A DNA stretch of 64,000 nucleotides from Nageia nagi (GCA_050084985.1 JBITNC010000002.1:8060001-8124000), one strand, 5' to 3'; positions 48,932 through 62,511 are shown, counted from the stretch's first letter. Numbers and translations: made by a program. Notes: generated by a model from the sequence alone, not told the origin.

Positions 48932-51780
48932 TGTAAGTTCACTAGTACTTAAGGGTATCATTTGATACCTTAAGTATTTAAGTGAATATGATAATGTAAC
49001 TTGTCCTACACTCCATGTCATGAGCATGCCCTTTGGGTAATAGAGAGTTGCATATCATGCCTTTGTACATTGCGTAAAAGGGTGATCCAAAAAGGGATTT
49101 TGGCCTATAAATAAAAGACTGCCTCTTTGTGATCATACACCAATTTTGTGGAGTAAAGTTAGGCTAGAGGATAGTGTTTAGGAGATGAGATTAGGAGAAT
49201 TGTAAGAGTTCCTATTTGTGAATTAAGAGAGATCTAGTTAGTGGATGTACTCCTAGTTGGAGGAACCACTTATATCTTGTGTTATCTTTGTGAGTTTGTT
49301 AGATGTGATTTGTGAGCTTACATGTGATCTTGAGAGTTTAGAGTTGTTTATGTTATATTGCAACTCCTTCATTTGGTATCAGAGCTTGGTGTGGAAGCTC
49401 TTCTTCTTGGTGCTTTTCATTCCCCATCCTACTCTTCTTTGTTGAGGTAAAAGTATTGTGAAGGTATAAACATCCTTACTTCTTTTGGATTATTGCATTA
49501 TGCTACTAATATATTATTTGTCGTGTTAGTTCTTTTTTAAACAAAATATGGTTAGCACATTTTTTTTATATATACTAACCTCTTATGATTACTTGCAATT
49601 ATTCAAAATTGCTATTTAAAAAAAAAAAAAAGGGTTAGTATACAAATTTGTGTAATATCAATACTAACATATTTTGTGCTATGTGTTAGTTCTTTTTTTT
49701 TTTTTAAATGTGCTTAGAACTAGCAATATGATGCAATTCATTTGTTTATACTAATCTTTTTGTTACTTGCAATTTTTTTTAAAAATTGCTCACTATGTTG
49801 CTATAATCTTTTATATTAAAAGGTTATGTTTTATTAAAAAAGAGAGGGGATTAGTATACACAATTAATAATAAAAAATTGTCAGTATTCAATAAAAAAGG
49901 GTTTTGTTTGTTTTTTTTTTTTTTTTGAAATATAGACGGGTGGCTTCAAATTCGGGGGTTTGATGCATTAAAATTTCGGAGGGCTGTGAAGCTAGTTGAA
50001 AGACGTTGGGGGAGATCCGCTTGATCGCTGCATCTATCCTCCCTTGTCTATCCTCCTTTGACTCGCATGGCCTATTGAAAGCCCTTGTGGGCTGTTGGTT
50101 GTCGCCTCCCTTATTCTCCACATGCTCATCTGCTGCCATTTGAACCTGCTTGCACAGGGTTTCCTAGCTCATCCACCATAGGGTTTCTCTCCACCACCAG
50201 CTGCGCTCAGGTCCATCTCACCCCTCGTTTGGCTACGCTCAAGTCCATCATGCCCCTCGCCTGGTTATGTTGAAATCCGTCGCAGCCCTCGCCAGGCTAT
50301 GTTCAGATCCATCGCGGCCTCGTGGTTGTTGTTCTACCGCGTGCGCCTATGTTTTGCCCTTCCAGCCTATCCAACCTCTTTTTCTACTTAGGTTGAAGCC
50401 TCTTCTCCTTGCATGGCCCCTAGCTTCTCCACTTGCGACTCCTTGCCGCCTCCTCTATGCCGTTTTTTTTTGGTTTAAACGTTTAACTTGCACCCCTCTC
50501 AATATTTCCTTTTTAGTCAAGGTTCATTTAATTTTTTTGCTTGCTTGCACGTTTCATAGTAATATAGGGGAGACATTTTTTCTTGTTAATGCATCTAGAA
50601 GCATCAACTCCTTTTGCAAATCATATACTCCAAATTTAAATCCTTTTTTTTTCTGCCCACCAACCCCTTGTCTTTAATGATTAATTGGTGTATAAAGTCG
50701 TTTTTTTTTATAAGAAACCTGTCTAGTGCATTAAATTTTTCAATATTGCTTGCAAGGTCAAATACAATTTAGTTGGAGATATTGAGAAATACAAGGCAAG
50801 GTTAGTAGCCAAAGGTTTTGCTCAGAAATATGGTGTAGATTATGAGGAAACCTTTGCTCCCGTGGCAAAGATGTCCACTATAAGAATTATCCTTGCTCTT
50901 TCTGTAGCTCAAGGATGGAAAGTTTTTCAACTTGACATCAAGAGTGCATTTTTCAATGGTGACTTAGATGTGGAAATCTTCATGAATCAACTAGAAGGGT
51001 TTATTATGGAAGGCAAAGAGTCCTTTGTGTGCAAGCTAAAGAAGTCATTATATGAACTTAAGCAAGCATCTAGAGCCTGGTACAAGAAGATTTCAAGGTA
51101 CTTTGCAGACATTGGATTCTCTAAGTGTTTCTCTGACTCCGATTTATATGTGCTCAATTAGGAAAAAGACATGGTCTTGATTCTCTTTTATGTGGATGAT
51201 CTTTTGATTACTAGGAACAATGATAAAATCATTCAAGAGTGCATATCCAAACTCAAGGCAACGTTTGAAATGATTGATCTTGGTCTCTTGCACTACTACC
51301 TTGGAATGCAAGTATACCAATACAAATATTGCACTTATCTTAGTTAATCCAAGTATATATTAGACATCTTGCAGAAGTTTGAAATGGAGGAGTGTAGATA
51401 TGCTGCAATCCCAGTCTCTCTTGGAATCAATGTTTCTCTCAGTTCCAACTCTCAGTTGGTTGATGGTACAACTTACAGGCAATTAATTGGTAGTCTTTTG
51501 TATTTGACTATTTCTAGGTTAGATATTACCTTTGCAGTGAATCTGATGGCTCGATTCATGTAGAAACCATATATTGAGCACCTTAATGCTATTAAGCAAA
51601 TCTTGAGGTATGTTGCAGGGACTAAGGATCTTGCTTTCAAGTATTCTAAGTTGCCCTCGTTTGTTCTCTTAGGTTACTCAGATTCTGAATATGGGGGAGA
51701 TAAAGATGACAGAAAATCAACCTCTACATATGTGTTTGGCATTGGTTCAGGTGCTATCTCTTGGGCTTCCAAGAAGCAAT
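48932..51780 (+). mobile_element. Internally deleted Ty1/Copia element: 5' LTR (~48932-49371), tRNA-iMet PBS, RT remnant (~50750-51780)
   Basis: TGGTATCAGAGC at 49374-49385; TATAAAT in the LTR. RT motifs KYKARLVAKGF, YEETFAPVAK, QLDIKSAF, LYVDDLLITR, YRQLIGSLLYL, GYSDSEYGGDKDDRKSTS, ISWASKKQ. No gag/PR/INT seen. LTR start is uncertain. Confidence 0.88.
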
Positions 51781-54700
51781 CGCATGGGTAGCCCACATGC
51801 TCTTGGGGGGTTGTACATCGACCAAGGGTGCCCTACGTTGTACATGCTCCTCCTCACACCACCTTGCCACAAATCCATCCATTCTAGTCGATGAGAAGAT
51901 ATTTGGGGGAAGTTTTCCTTGATTCCCTTAAGTGTGATTTCCTTGCCATTTTTCACTTCAATGGTTTTGGAAACATCTAGAAACTTGTGCCTAGCATTCT
52001 GGGGGTCTTTACTTGCCCAAAACCAAAAATTTCGAGACCTAATGTGGCTAAGAATCATCTTTTCCACTCATTCATGCATTTAGATTTCATTTTTAATGCA
52101 TTTCCACTTTTTCTTTACTATCTAGGCACCAAAATGCATCTCTATGGATTTCCCATAAGCTTGAAAAACTCCGCCTAGCCTCAGATTGCCTTAGACTTGG
52201 TCAAAATCGAAAATTTTGAGTCTTAACTGTGATAGAATTCACCTTATCTGTTCGAATACGTTTTTAGACTCAAATTTCGATACCATTTGTATTTATCTAT
52301 AAGAAACATGCAACATTTTGCCCTCACTTGGATCTTCAACACCTTGGGAAAACATGCCTGTGGTTAAGGCTACTCAAACTTGCATTTTTGAACATTTTGG
52401 ACTCAATTTGTGCATTTCCGACCACTCCTGACGTTTTCGAGTTCGAACTCGATCAAAATGCCCTTTTTGGTACCTCCAAGCTCAAACTTTGTATTTTTGA
52501 TGATTTCCAAGCTCAAACAGTGCAAAAATGACCATTTCCGCCTTCCGGGCTCAAAGTTGTCATTTTTCATCATTTTCGACATTTCTGGGCTCAAAGTATT
52601 CAATTTCACCCATTTTTGGCATTTCTAGGCCCTTGGTGAAAAAATAACCTTTTTCGGCATTTTTGAGCATTTTTAGCCATTTTGAGCTTAATTCGTTACT
52701 TTCGATCATTTTCAGGCTTTCTAGACTCAAATTGTGCAAAACGCACCTTTTTTACCATATTGACCATTTTCGAGCCCAAAAGTGACAAAAATGCATCTTT
52801 CTACCTTAGTTGCCTTTTCCAGCTTTCCGGGGTCAACTTTGACAAGAACATTCATTTTTGTCATCCTTGTCATTTTCAAGGCACTCGGACTCAAAAGTGA
52901 TAAAAACGCTCATTTTTGCTACTTAGGTACCTTTGTGCTCAAATTTTGCAAAAAATGCGCCTTTTGTGATGCTAGGCACCTATGAGCTCAATTCTTGAAA
53001 AAACGCTCTTTTCTTGTCAACTCTGCCAGTCTTGTGCTTAGTTGCTGTGAAAACGAGCCTTTTTATGCTCTATTGGTCACTTGGCGAAAACTCCATTCCT
53101 GATCGCTACTGTGATCCAAAACTGCATCTTGCTTGACGTTGCTTGAAACCGATCCATAAATGGCCCCTGGACACACTAAACTGACTTGGTGCCTCTATGG
53201 GTATTTATGTGCATTGCTTCATCACTTGGCCGCTCTGACTCTTTTCTCTAGCCGTCGTATAGTCACCTCCAGGCAATGTCGTCCATTGCCTTCAAAAAAA
53301 GTAAGGTCCTCAAAATGCTGCATCTTGGGGTGTGTTGTGCGGGCACAACACCTTCCATTGGTAGATACATCTTGGCCACAAATTGTTCATTGATGTAGTT
53401 ATGGGTTGCTCCCCCATCAATCAGAGTACATCATCTCCAACTGCCTTCCCATGCACCTTGAGGGTTAGGAATTTCGAAACACCCTTTGAAATGGTAGTCA
53501 ATGTCCCTTTATAGGTGCTAGGGTGTGGACGTCCATGTTTCGACTGTTTTGGACCTAGATCTTCAAGCTCCAACTCTAGATCTGAATCATCTTCATCTAA
53601 GATCACCTCAATCAAGTGAACCTGATTTTTTCCCAAGCAACGATGGCCATGCTCCCATGGTTTCTTGCACTTGAAGCACAAATTATTCCTTCTCAATTCA
53701 TTGCATGTCTCTTCGTCTAGGGTTTTAGAATTCTGGCCTTTTCCCAACAACCTCGAATTCTTCTCCATACTCACGCCTCTCTTTTGCAATGGTCCAGACA
53801 TGGTGGATCTGGATCTAGATGCCAATGAGGCCTTTGGATGGTTCCAATGTGAATGCCTTTTTGATGGCATCTTGAAGAAATGTCGAGCCAAAAGCTTTCA
53901 TCATTCCCTTCAACGATTCCTCCAATCCTTCCATGAACATGAAAGTCACCATCTTATCTAAAACACTAGGCACCATGATTGCAATTCACTGGAACTCAGC
54001 AATATATGACTCCACATTCCCCTTTTGCTTAAGAGTGGCCAAATCTCGAAAATATTCATCCTCATCCTTATGATCAAAGTGATCAATGAGTCTCCTTCCA
54101 AATTCATTGAAAGATTTAATTAAGCCATGACCTTGTGTGGTTAAACCATGGTACCACCAATCGTGTGCTACACCATTTAGATGGAGTGTGGCGAATTGGA
54201 TTGCATCTTCCTCGAGCATAGGATTGAGGGTAAAGTATGTTTGCAATTTTTGCAAGCATGCCCTAGCCATCTTCTCTCCTCCGTCATACATAGGCACTTG
54301 CATCCTACTCAATTGTTGCTACAGATCTTTTCTTTCGAAACCAAAACTCCCTCCTTGTGGATGTTCATCATCCACCTTCTTTGCTGGAATTCTCATGTAA
54401 CTTTCGAAACTCACATCAACCTGGAATTCCTGATTTGTGGCATGATATTGGCAGAATAGTGAATTCATTTCCACGGAATCTACCAAATTTGGATCTCCTC
54501 CACATTTCTTAGGTCGTTGGATGAACATGGGTTTGTACAACTTTGGTATGGGTGGCGAACCCACCTCCTCGAATAGACTATGCATGAATTTGGATGATCC
54601 ATGCGAATTTTGTCCTTGCGCATGCAATGAAGGACTCTTTTCCTTTCTCAAATTCTGCCGAACTCCCACTTCGTCCTCATTTTTTGGATCTCTCTCTTTT

Positions 54701-55959
54701 CGACCCCGATCTATGGAGAGATGATGCTCCAGGCTCACGCTCATGCCTCGGTCCTCTTGCAGAACCGGATCTGTTAAGAAATGGTGTGCCTTCCTCCAAA
54801 TTTGGCAGGGTTTCACAAGTTCTTCCTTTGGGTGTCTGAGAAGCATTTGGGTCACCAATTGTGCCAATAGGTCAATCAACATATCGAATCTCTCCTTACT
54901 TTCCTTCAAATCTGGATTGAGAGATCTCCTCCTCTCTGAATGCTGCCCATCATCCGCAATCTCTTCTTCCTAGCACATATTTTCTTCCTCCCTATACTCG
55001 ACCATCTCCTCACGCCCTTCTTCTCAATTCTCCTCCTGATGGACAATTGGATCCAGCTCTTGTCTTCGTCTTAGAAAATATCTATTGTTGTAGCGAAGTG
55101 ACATCACAAGTGGCAAGATCTTGGCTTTGATACCATTTGTAACATTCCAAATTATAAAAATTGGGAATTACCACAAATCATATCAACAATATGCAAGAAT
55201 GCCCAATTTGGACACAAGGGAATCAGATATGATATTATTATACTCAAGACAAGTACAAAGCATCCAAAATGGCCCTTAGGGCTGACGTCTCACTACAAAT
55301 TCCTGAGATGCAGAAGCAAGGCCTCAAAAGGCTAGATGACTGGTTGGAAGGCTAGATCTAATGCTTTCACACTCCAATCTCTCTAGTAGGCTAACATCAC
55401 ACTTCTTGGTTGATGAACTCCTGGATCTTAATGTTGTAGGTCTCCACACAGGATATTCAGAGCTTAATGAGGCTCCAAGAATGGTAGGAGCTTGATGAGG
55501 CTCCACTTAGGACACAAAAGCTTGATGAGGCTTCCTATCCTAAGAACAGTGGTGTAAAAAGGCCAAATTGGCAAATAAAAGATCAAATGTCCAAAGATAT
55601 CCCTCAAACATGCATCCATTCCTCCTTATAGCTTGATGTCACTCTCCTAGGCTACACATCCACCTTGAAGTCCCCAAAATCACCTTCGGGTCATGCATGA
55701 CTTGGACGTTGCACTATAAGACTTATGAATCTGTAAAATCACTTATAAATGACATAAAATACCCCTATCCTACTCAAAGAGGCTCAACATCCCACATAGG
55801 ACTCACATTAAGCCTTGAATTATTTAATTAAATAATAAATGGGCCTACTCTTTACTAAAAGAGTGGCAAATACAATTAAAATGCAAAATCACTCCTAATA
55901 AATTAAAATATATTTTTGAGATTTATTTAATTATGTAATTTCCATTTTGGAATGTTACA
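51781..55959 (-). mobile_element. Gypsy Gag-protease element related to copies A/B (copy C), 3' end lost
   Basis: 5' LTR 55138-55959; PBS TGGTATCAAAGCC at 55123-55135; gag LQTYFTLNPMLEEDAIQFATLHLNGVAHDWW; CFKCKKPWEHGHRC knuckle; protease LIDGGATHNYI; post-protease GKEITLKGIKENFPQISSHRLE at ~51880-51950. Confidence 0.88.
51945..53350 (-). mobile_element. Truncated second copy of the 4.7-kb LTR, inserted in the protease of copy C
   Basis: High similarity to 40685-41984, with the same terminus TGTTGTGCGGGCACAACA at 53333-53350. The left part is deleted. Confidence 0.9.
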
Positions 55960-56310
55960 CCTAATTTGAGTGTTTGTGATTGCAAACTTGGCGCAACACA
56001 GACTTGTAGATGTGGCGGGAGTCGGAAGACAAATGTGAAGGAAGCAAAGGCAAACAATCTCCTTGGCCTTGCCCCAACTTGCTCTAATGTGTTAGACATT
56101 ACAAAAGATTGATAATTTGGTATCCTCCGTTGGTGGTTCATTGTGTGAAGGAGAATGTGCGAAGTTAGGGAGGAATTAGCTGAGAGAATTAGTGATATTT
56201 GAAGATGTTCAATACCTGTATTACAAGAATCTATTGTGGTTGAAGCCTGCAAACAAGAGTTAGACAAAGGATAAGAAGAGATCTAGGCACGTAATGAAGA
56301 TAGATGAAGA

Positions 56311-56584
56311 TAATTGTTTGGTTGTTTTTGCATATTCTTTCGCGCTACAGGTGGAAGCTATCTTGGTTGGATCATTGCGTGAATGGCGATTAGGGTTCTT
56401 GTTGTTGAGACAATCTCTAAAGTGTGAGGTTGTGTCTTCTTAGGACTAATTGTTTGGTTGTTTTTGCATATTCTTTCGCGCTACAGGTGGAAGCTATCTT
56501 GGTTGGATCATTGCGTGAATGGCGATTAGGGTTCTTGTTGTTGAGGCAATCTCTAAAGTGTGAGGTTGTGTCTTCTTAGGACTA
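56311..56584. repeat. 136-bp near-perfect tandem duplication
   Basis: Unit TAATTGTTTGGTTG...TTAGGAC at 56311 and 56447, with one visible mismatch. Confidence 0.92.
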
Positions 56585-56939
56585 GTGGTTGACAATCAAT
56601 CCTTATCCCTGATGTGTGCTTGATGCTGGTCTGGATCCTTCACTTACGATGATTGAGGGAATTGCGAATAAGGCAAGAAAAAGAAATTATGAGATATTAA
56701 TAAATGTTTCAAACAAGAATGCTAAAGAGATTTAATTGTACAAGACCTATAGACTGGCTATCTTCAGGTTATGATTGGGTAGCAACAACGATGTCAATGA
56801 TATGGTTGCATTTGAGCTACATACAGGCAATAGTTGGGTAGCAATAAGATTGTCATCCATGTAACAGGTTTTGAGGCCCTGCAAAAAACCCGTTTGATAG
56901 GTTTTGGGATCCTGATAAAACTCGCTATTTTTTTGATAA

Positions 56940-57561
56940 AAGTATTTACCCTTTATAAAAAAAAAGAGGGCTGTTGAGATCATCATATGTAGGTGGCCTA
57001 AATCTTGTGCCATAAGTTGCATGGCATCTATCATTCCCCACTAATGAAAGGTTAGAAAAGTACCAAAAATTGGCAATGGCCTTTTTTGTTGCCTTGTGCC
57101 TATCTTCATTCCATGCAGCGATACCCTCTAGCATAGGTTGTGAATTTGGCATGAAATGCTATGCAAAATAGGACTTCTCTATGCCACTTCGAAGGTGTGC
57201 AATTGATGGATTAAGCTACTACACTATATGAACCGACTAAAGGTGCTACTGATGCCCTTTGGCTGAGGTATAGAAGGGGATTTGACATGGCAACACTTTG
57301 TTTACACTATTTTAGTTCCCTCTTCTCATGATAGTCTACAGGAAGTGTATTGCATTCTTACTTAACATCCATTGACACATTGGTGCATACTCTTAACATC
57401 ATGTCCTTTTTGTCTCGTCATGTGATATTTGACACGGTTTATACCTTTATAAAGTTTTTAGTCATAGAAGTTGCTTATCACTTCCCCTTTTTTCTCTATT
57501 CCTTTGCATATTTCACATTGGATCTTTTTTTCCAATCCTTGCCATTCTTCTATAGCTGCAC
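56940..57561 (-). pseudogene. hAT transposase N-terminal exon remnant
   Basis: SQPMLEGIAAWNEDRHKATKKAIANFWYFSNL...ATYGTRFRPPTYDDLNSPLF, equivalent to the GVGYKAPTYADMQGPL segment of the hAT at ~30190-30245. Confidence 0.7.
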
Positions 57562-58859
57562 CTGGAAATAATCGATGAAATACAAATTAAAAAATTAAAA
57601 ACAATTACTTAAAAATAAAATCTACTGTCAATTAAAAATAGAGGAGTGATCTTGTTTGTTTGGAACTTTGGTATGTTCAAAACACAAATATCTACTAACT
57701 TTGTCACAGATCAGAAAAAAAGTTTCATCATAAACAGAATTAAAGAGCTAGTACATGCAAAACCCCTAATGCAACCTCAAAAATCTTATCCTATGAAACA
57801 TTTGAGCTAACTTCTAAACAACAGAATGTTTGTGTTTGTTAATATTAGAATTGTGAACTGTATTATGAATTGAGTTTTTTATGTCACTCTGTAACTGTTG
57901 TTTGTTTATGAGTTTTCTCAGTTTCTGGATAGTTGCAAAGCAATCACAGAATCCTGTTTATTGCCTTGTTCACTAAGATGATATGATGACTGAAAATTTT
58001 CTTTTCCAACTGTAAGTCAAATAGTTTATACTTTTATAGCCCTTTTAATAATCATGATAACAAAGAATAATATACATCTTGTTGAAAGCATCCAACTTAA
58101 ATCTGTTTTCTTCGTTGTTTTGAGACATCACTATTACAACTAAAGATCCTGAGGGCTAACCATCATAGGTACTAGGGACTGTAGCCATTAGGAATTTTGA
58201 ACATGAGGTGCACAAATGTGTACATTGAATCTTGCCAGAACTTGTTTTCATTGCTTTATAAAGAATCATCACTCAAATTCTCAAACCATACCAAGAAGTT
58301 ACTAGTTAGGAATGACTAGATGAGTATAGCTTATACGTATTCACAAGTTTCAAAAGAAAACACAACCCCCAAGGAGAGCATCATTTGCAAATATAGTGAC
58401 TACTATGCCTTCATCAGGATTAGTGCTTCCATTCCTTATGTCATACTCACTGCCAATATCAGCAAAATCAGACAGCTTGAACCCCGAAACACTGAAGAAC
58501 AGGTCTATATAGCCACTACGGAAGTTCAATTTGTATTCGAGAGTTAAAACTGTGTCCTAAATAAGTCATTTTGTCAGGGAGTATATGAAGTTGTAAACTG
58601 ATTCTTTATGTCTTTGGGCTCTGAAAAGGCCTCACACGTAAAGATCTTCATCATTATTGAAGGGAGGGTAACAATTTTGGAATAGGTTGCTGTCTCTACC
58701 ATAGGTTTCAATTTTGTTTGAAATGCCAAAGATTTGTTGTTATGAAAATATACCCAGCCCATTCTAGAGAAATCTTTACTGGTTAATAGAAACTGAATTC
58801 TATTTTTAAAAAGCTTGGATGTGAAATTGGCTCCATTTACATTTCAAGTTATATATATA

Positions 58860-59240
58860 TATATAGTTTTATTGGTTGAAATTTCTTTTCCCATGATATA
58901 TCAGAATAAATCCCTAAAAACCCCAAAAATAATATGAAAAATAGAAGAATAGATTTTTTTACTATAAAATCCAACTGTTGGTGGGTGCAAGATTCCGCCA
59001 AACTCTGAAAAAAATCAATTTCAAGAAGAAGAAATTCCCCTAATGTTGGGCATTTTGGAATCTCTATCTTAGATCATGGGCATTTTGGGTCTTGAGCCAG
59101 ATTGACCTCAAACTAGTTTTAGTTGGAACCAACTTAATACCACCCAAGTCTATTGTTGGTTTGCCTTTAGAACTATTCAAACACTCCATAATACTTGGAT
59201 TCATCTTCCAAGATCATGAGTTGTTTGTCAACTAACCTTC
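58860..59240 (+). mobile_element. Fragment related to LTR 31531-32142
   Basis: TTGGGTCTTGAGCCAGATTGACCTCAAACTAGTTT...CTATTGTTGGTTTGCCTT matches 31829-31915. Confidence 0.6.
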
Positions 59241-62104
59241 ATATTAGAATTCAGCTAGTACAAATAATGGATATAACATGTGAATTCCATAATTCCAATA
59301 ATCAAGAGTAGCGAATTGCAGCATATAACAATATGCAAGATGAATTAATGATGAAACTCCATGCATAACAAGCCAAATCTAGAACAATGAATTCATAATG
59401 AATAATGAATAATCAATAAGGGATCTAGAAAGTTGTTGCCACTTCAAGAGGACGCTCTCTCAAGTATGCAAATATACGAAATTAGATGAATGGTGATGTG
59501 ATGAATAGATGATTATAGATCTAAGCCATGCTTCTATTTATATGTGAATATAATTATTCCACCAATCTCTATGATTTATAGGCCACTCATAATGAAATTA
59601 AGACTAATTATGCAGTTATGTACGGGTAACGCTTCGATCCACAACTTCTACATAAATATTTTCTGTATCACCTCTTATAAATCTGCATAATAGCAAGGGC
59701 CACATTCTTTTTTTATTATTGTATTTTATTAATATTCTATTTATATTTTACACACATTAGAACATTATTTTAATGCATGTTTTTTTTAATTTTACATAAA
59801 GCAAATGGGCTTTTTATATGCCTTGTTTCTTTTCTAATACAAAACATTATTCACTGGAGTGTTTGAAGACATTAGAAGGGTTTTTCATGTTTGCCCTTAT
59901 ATGCCTTCCAAACTCATCCAAGAGTAGCTACTTTGAAAAATTGTTTCCTAGTGCATGGGAGGGATAGTATGTTGTTTCATTAAGATAACTTTTCCCTTGG
60001 TTGTCTTGACCATATATATTGTCAGCAAGAAGTTTGTCCATCTAGAGTATTGAATCATTGCTGGTTTTACATAGGAAGAACCAAATGTGAGTTTTACATA
60101 GTCATCAAATAATGTTGTACAGTTCAGTATAGTTGAAGGTGAACCCTCATGAGAGCAACATTGGACTGATTGTTTGCAAATGCAATACAGGTTTTCATGC
60201 AAATCTCATTGAATTACCAATTGTAATGGTTTTGACTTCATGCCCATATAGATGCATTTACTTTCAGTGCTTTTTACAAATGTCAATTGTCTCTATTTTC
60301 CCAAATCTAGATGATAGATATCATTTATATCTCAATGCACTAAATATTCCGATCAAGATGCATAGAATCTGGAAGAGAGGAGTATTTTCTAGCGCTTACT
60401 GTAATCCTGATATTTATTTATAATTTGAGGTAAGAGTGATGATTACAAGAGATGATTTGATGTCTATATTTTCATTTTGCATTCTAATGCTACTTGAAGC
60501 TGATTTGAAATCTATGCTAAAGTGATTTATTTGTTTATAGTATATGTAACTTGGCAATTGTAATTGCTCTAAAAATCCAGTTTAATGGACAAAGTCTGCA
60601 CCAAATACCTTAAATAACACAAAATTATAAGTTTGTTGCAACAGTTAAACCTAGAGTTCCCAAATCCATTTTTAAGTATATGAAGAGGCTGTAGCGAAGT
60701 GAGCGTTCTTGAAGTATGAAGTTGAAATCTCACATTGTAAGCACTATCAAATCTCTGATGCTTTGGTTATAACAAAAACGTTAGTGTTAAATGTGTAGAA
60801 AGGAAGGAAAATGCAAACAATAACCCAAGTAGGATTTAGCTGTATCAGTAAAAAGAAAATTACCAGCAAATGAAAGCGATTCTATCGTTGCAAACAGTGA
60901 CTCCAACCTTTTGATACCTGGCTGTTTAACATGTTTTCATGAAGGTTTCACTTCCTGAAGATACATGCATACACGCCTTCCATTAGTAATATTATTCACA
61001 TAGCAAAAAAAAACACAGATGTAAATGCTTCAGCTCTGGATAATGTAGTCTCCACATTGGTTTCCTCTAACTCGTGGTGGACAACCTAAACCTTAGCTAT
61101 CATTTTCGTACAATTATTGAAGGCAATCATCTCACTAAAAAATAATGAGTTTAGTTTAACATATACAACTAAAGAGAATGGCCTTATGGGCCTTAAATTG
61201 TAAGTTATGTACTTCTAAAATCTGGGTTACGTCATTCTATTTAAGTCAACTGACTAGATCCATATCTGAACAAATAGGTGTATCCTATACTATCATTTTA
61301 TGAACTTTGGCATAATTTTGAATTTTAAGGGAGAGCTTTGCATAATTTGAATTTTTAGGGAAGGCATAAGTTTAACTGATTTAACCGACATCCACTTACG
61401 TGGATCTATTTGGACACTTATGGCATCAAGCAAACAGTAGTATCCATATGGTAGTTTGACGTAGCAAGAGGGGATTACTATATCAATGTTGCATGGCTCT
61501 GATGATGTGAACAGGACTTAATGGGGTATGGATCATCAAAACACAAGCAAGGTAAAATACCTATTGGTTCCACCTATAACTCGACCCATGTTATAACACT
61601 GAATGAAATTACCTACAACATAGATTCTCTTGCAGGTAATTTCTAAATAAAAATCATATGGAAATCACTTACTCTATAATGAACAGATGGTGAACTACAA
61701 CAACTTCTAAATACAGATCATAACATTATAATCGAGCTGATGGTGAGGATTTCATGTTATTTGCTTTTTGGTTGGTCTGTTCTCTTCCTAGGCTGGGTCA
61801 CAAAATTAGATTCGTAGATTTAGATGCAAGTCAAACTAAAAATTCCGTACATTATGTTAATGAATACAAACCAATGGAGAGCTTTCTGTACACCGAAAAG
61901 ACAATGACCAGTTTGCAACATACTAGATAAATTATTAATGCGTGTTTCAATGATTGTGAGGGTTATTATTATATATTCATAGAACATATTTGATCTAGTA
62001 TTTATGCATTAAATTAACAATTCTTGTGCATTAAATTATCAATTTTTATACATTTTTATGTTAATAAGTAAATTGTAAGTAATCATTTTAAATATATCAT
62101 TGAT

Positions 62105-62511
62105 AGGGGAGAGGATCCACTAGTGGTGCATTATAATTTTATGTCTTTTAAAATTCGACTTAATAAATTCAAATCATTCTAAATTTTTTATAACTTTTTT
62201 CTCGCTTATAACAAAAATTTCAAGTCATCATACTTAAATTTGATAAGTTAATTAAATATGTGACTTAATGTTCAACTATTGGTGCAAGTGTAATTTATGA
62301 CGAGAGGTTGTAATTCACACTCAACTTTAGAAAAATGCTATTTTTGATAATTTCTACTATATATATTTAACCTATCAAACTTGATGATGATAATTCGAAA
62401 TTTTAATTATAAACAAACAACTAGATAAAGAAGAAGCTATAAAAAATTTAAACTGTTTCGACCTTATTAAATCAATTTTTAAGAAGTGTGATGTTAGAAT
62501 GCACAACTACT
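62105..62511. mobile_element. Foldback/MITE-like long inverted repeat in the upstream region of the S-domain gene
   Basis: Arms ~62119-62260 and ~62360-62511 are imperfect reverse complements (TAGTGGTGCATT/AATGCACAACTA; AAATTTTTTATA/TATAAAAAATTT; TTTGATAAGTTAA/TTAACCTATCAAA). Confidence 0.75.

Noticed and set aside
48945-48977. Inverted repeat TACTTAAGGGTATCA / TGATACCTTAAGTA as a terminator or miRNA hairpin
   Set aside because: Short, AT-rich, at or within the Copia LTR start. No support for independent function.
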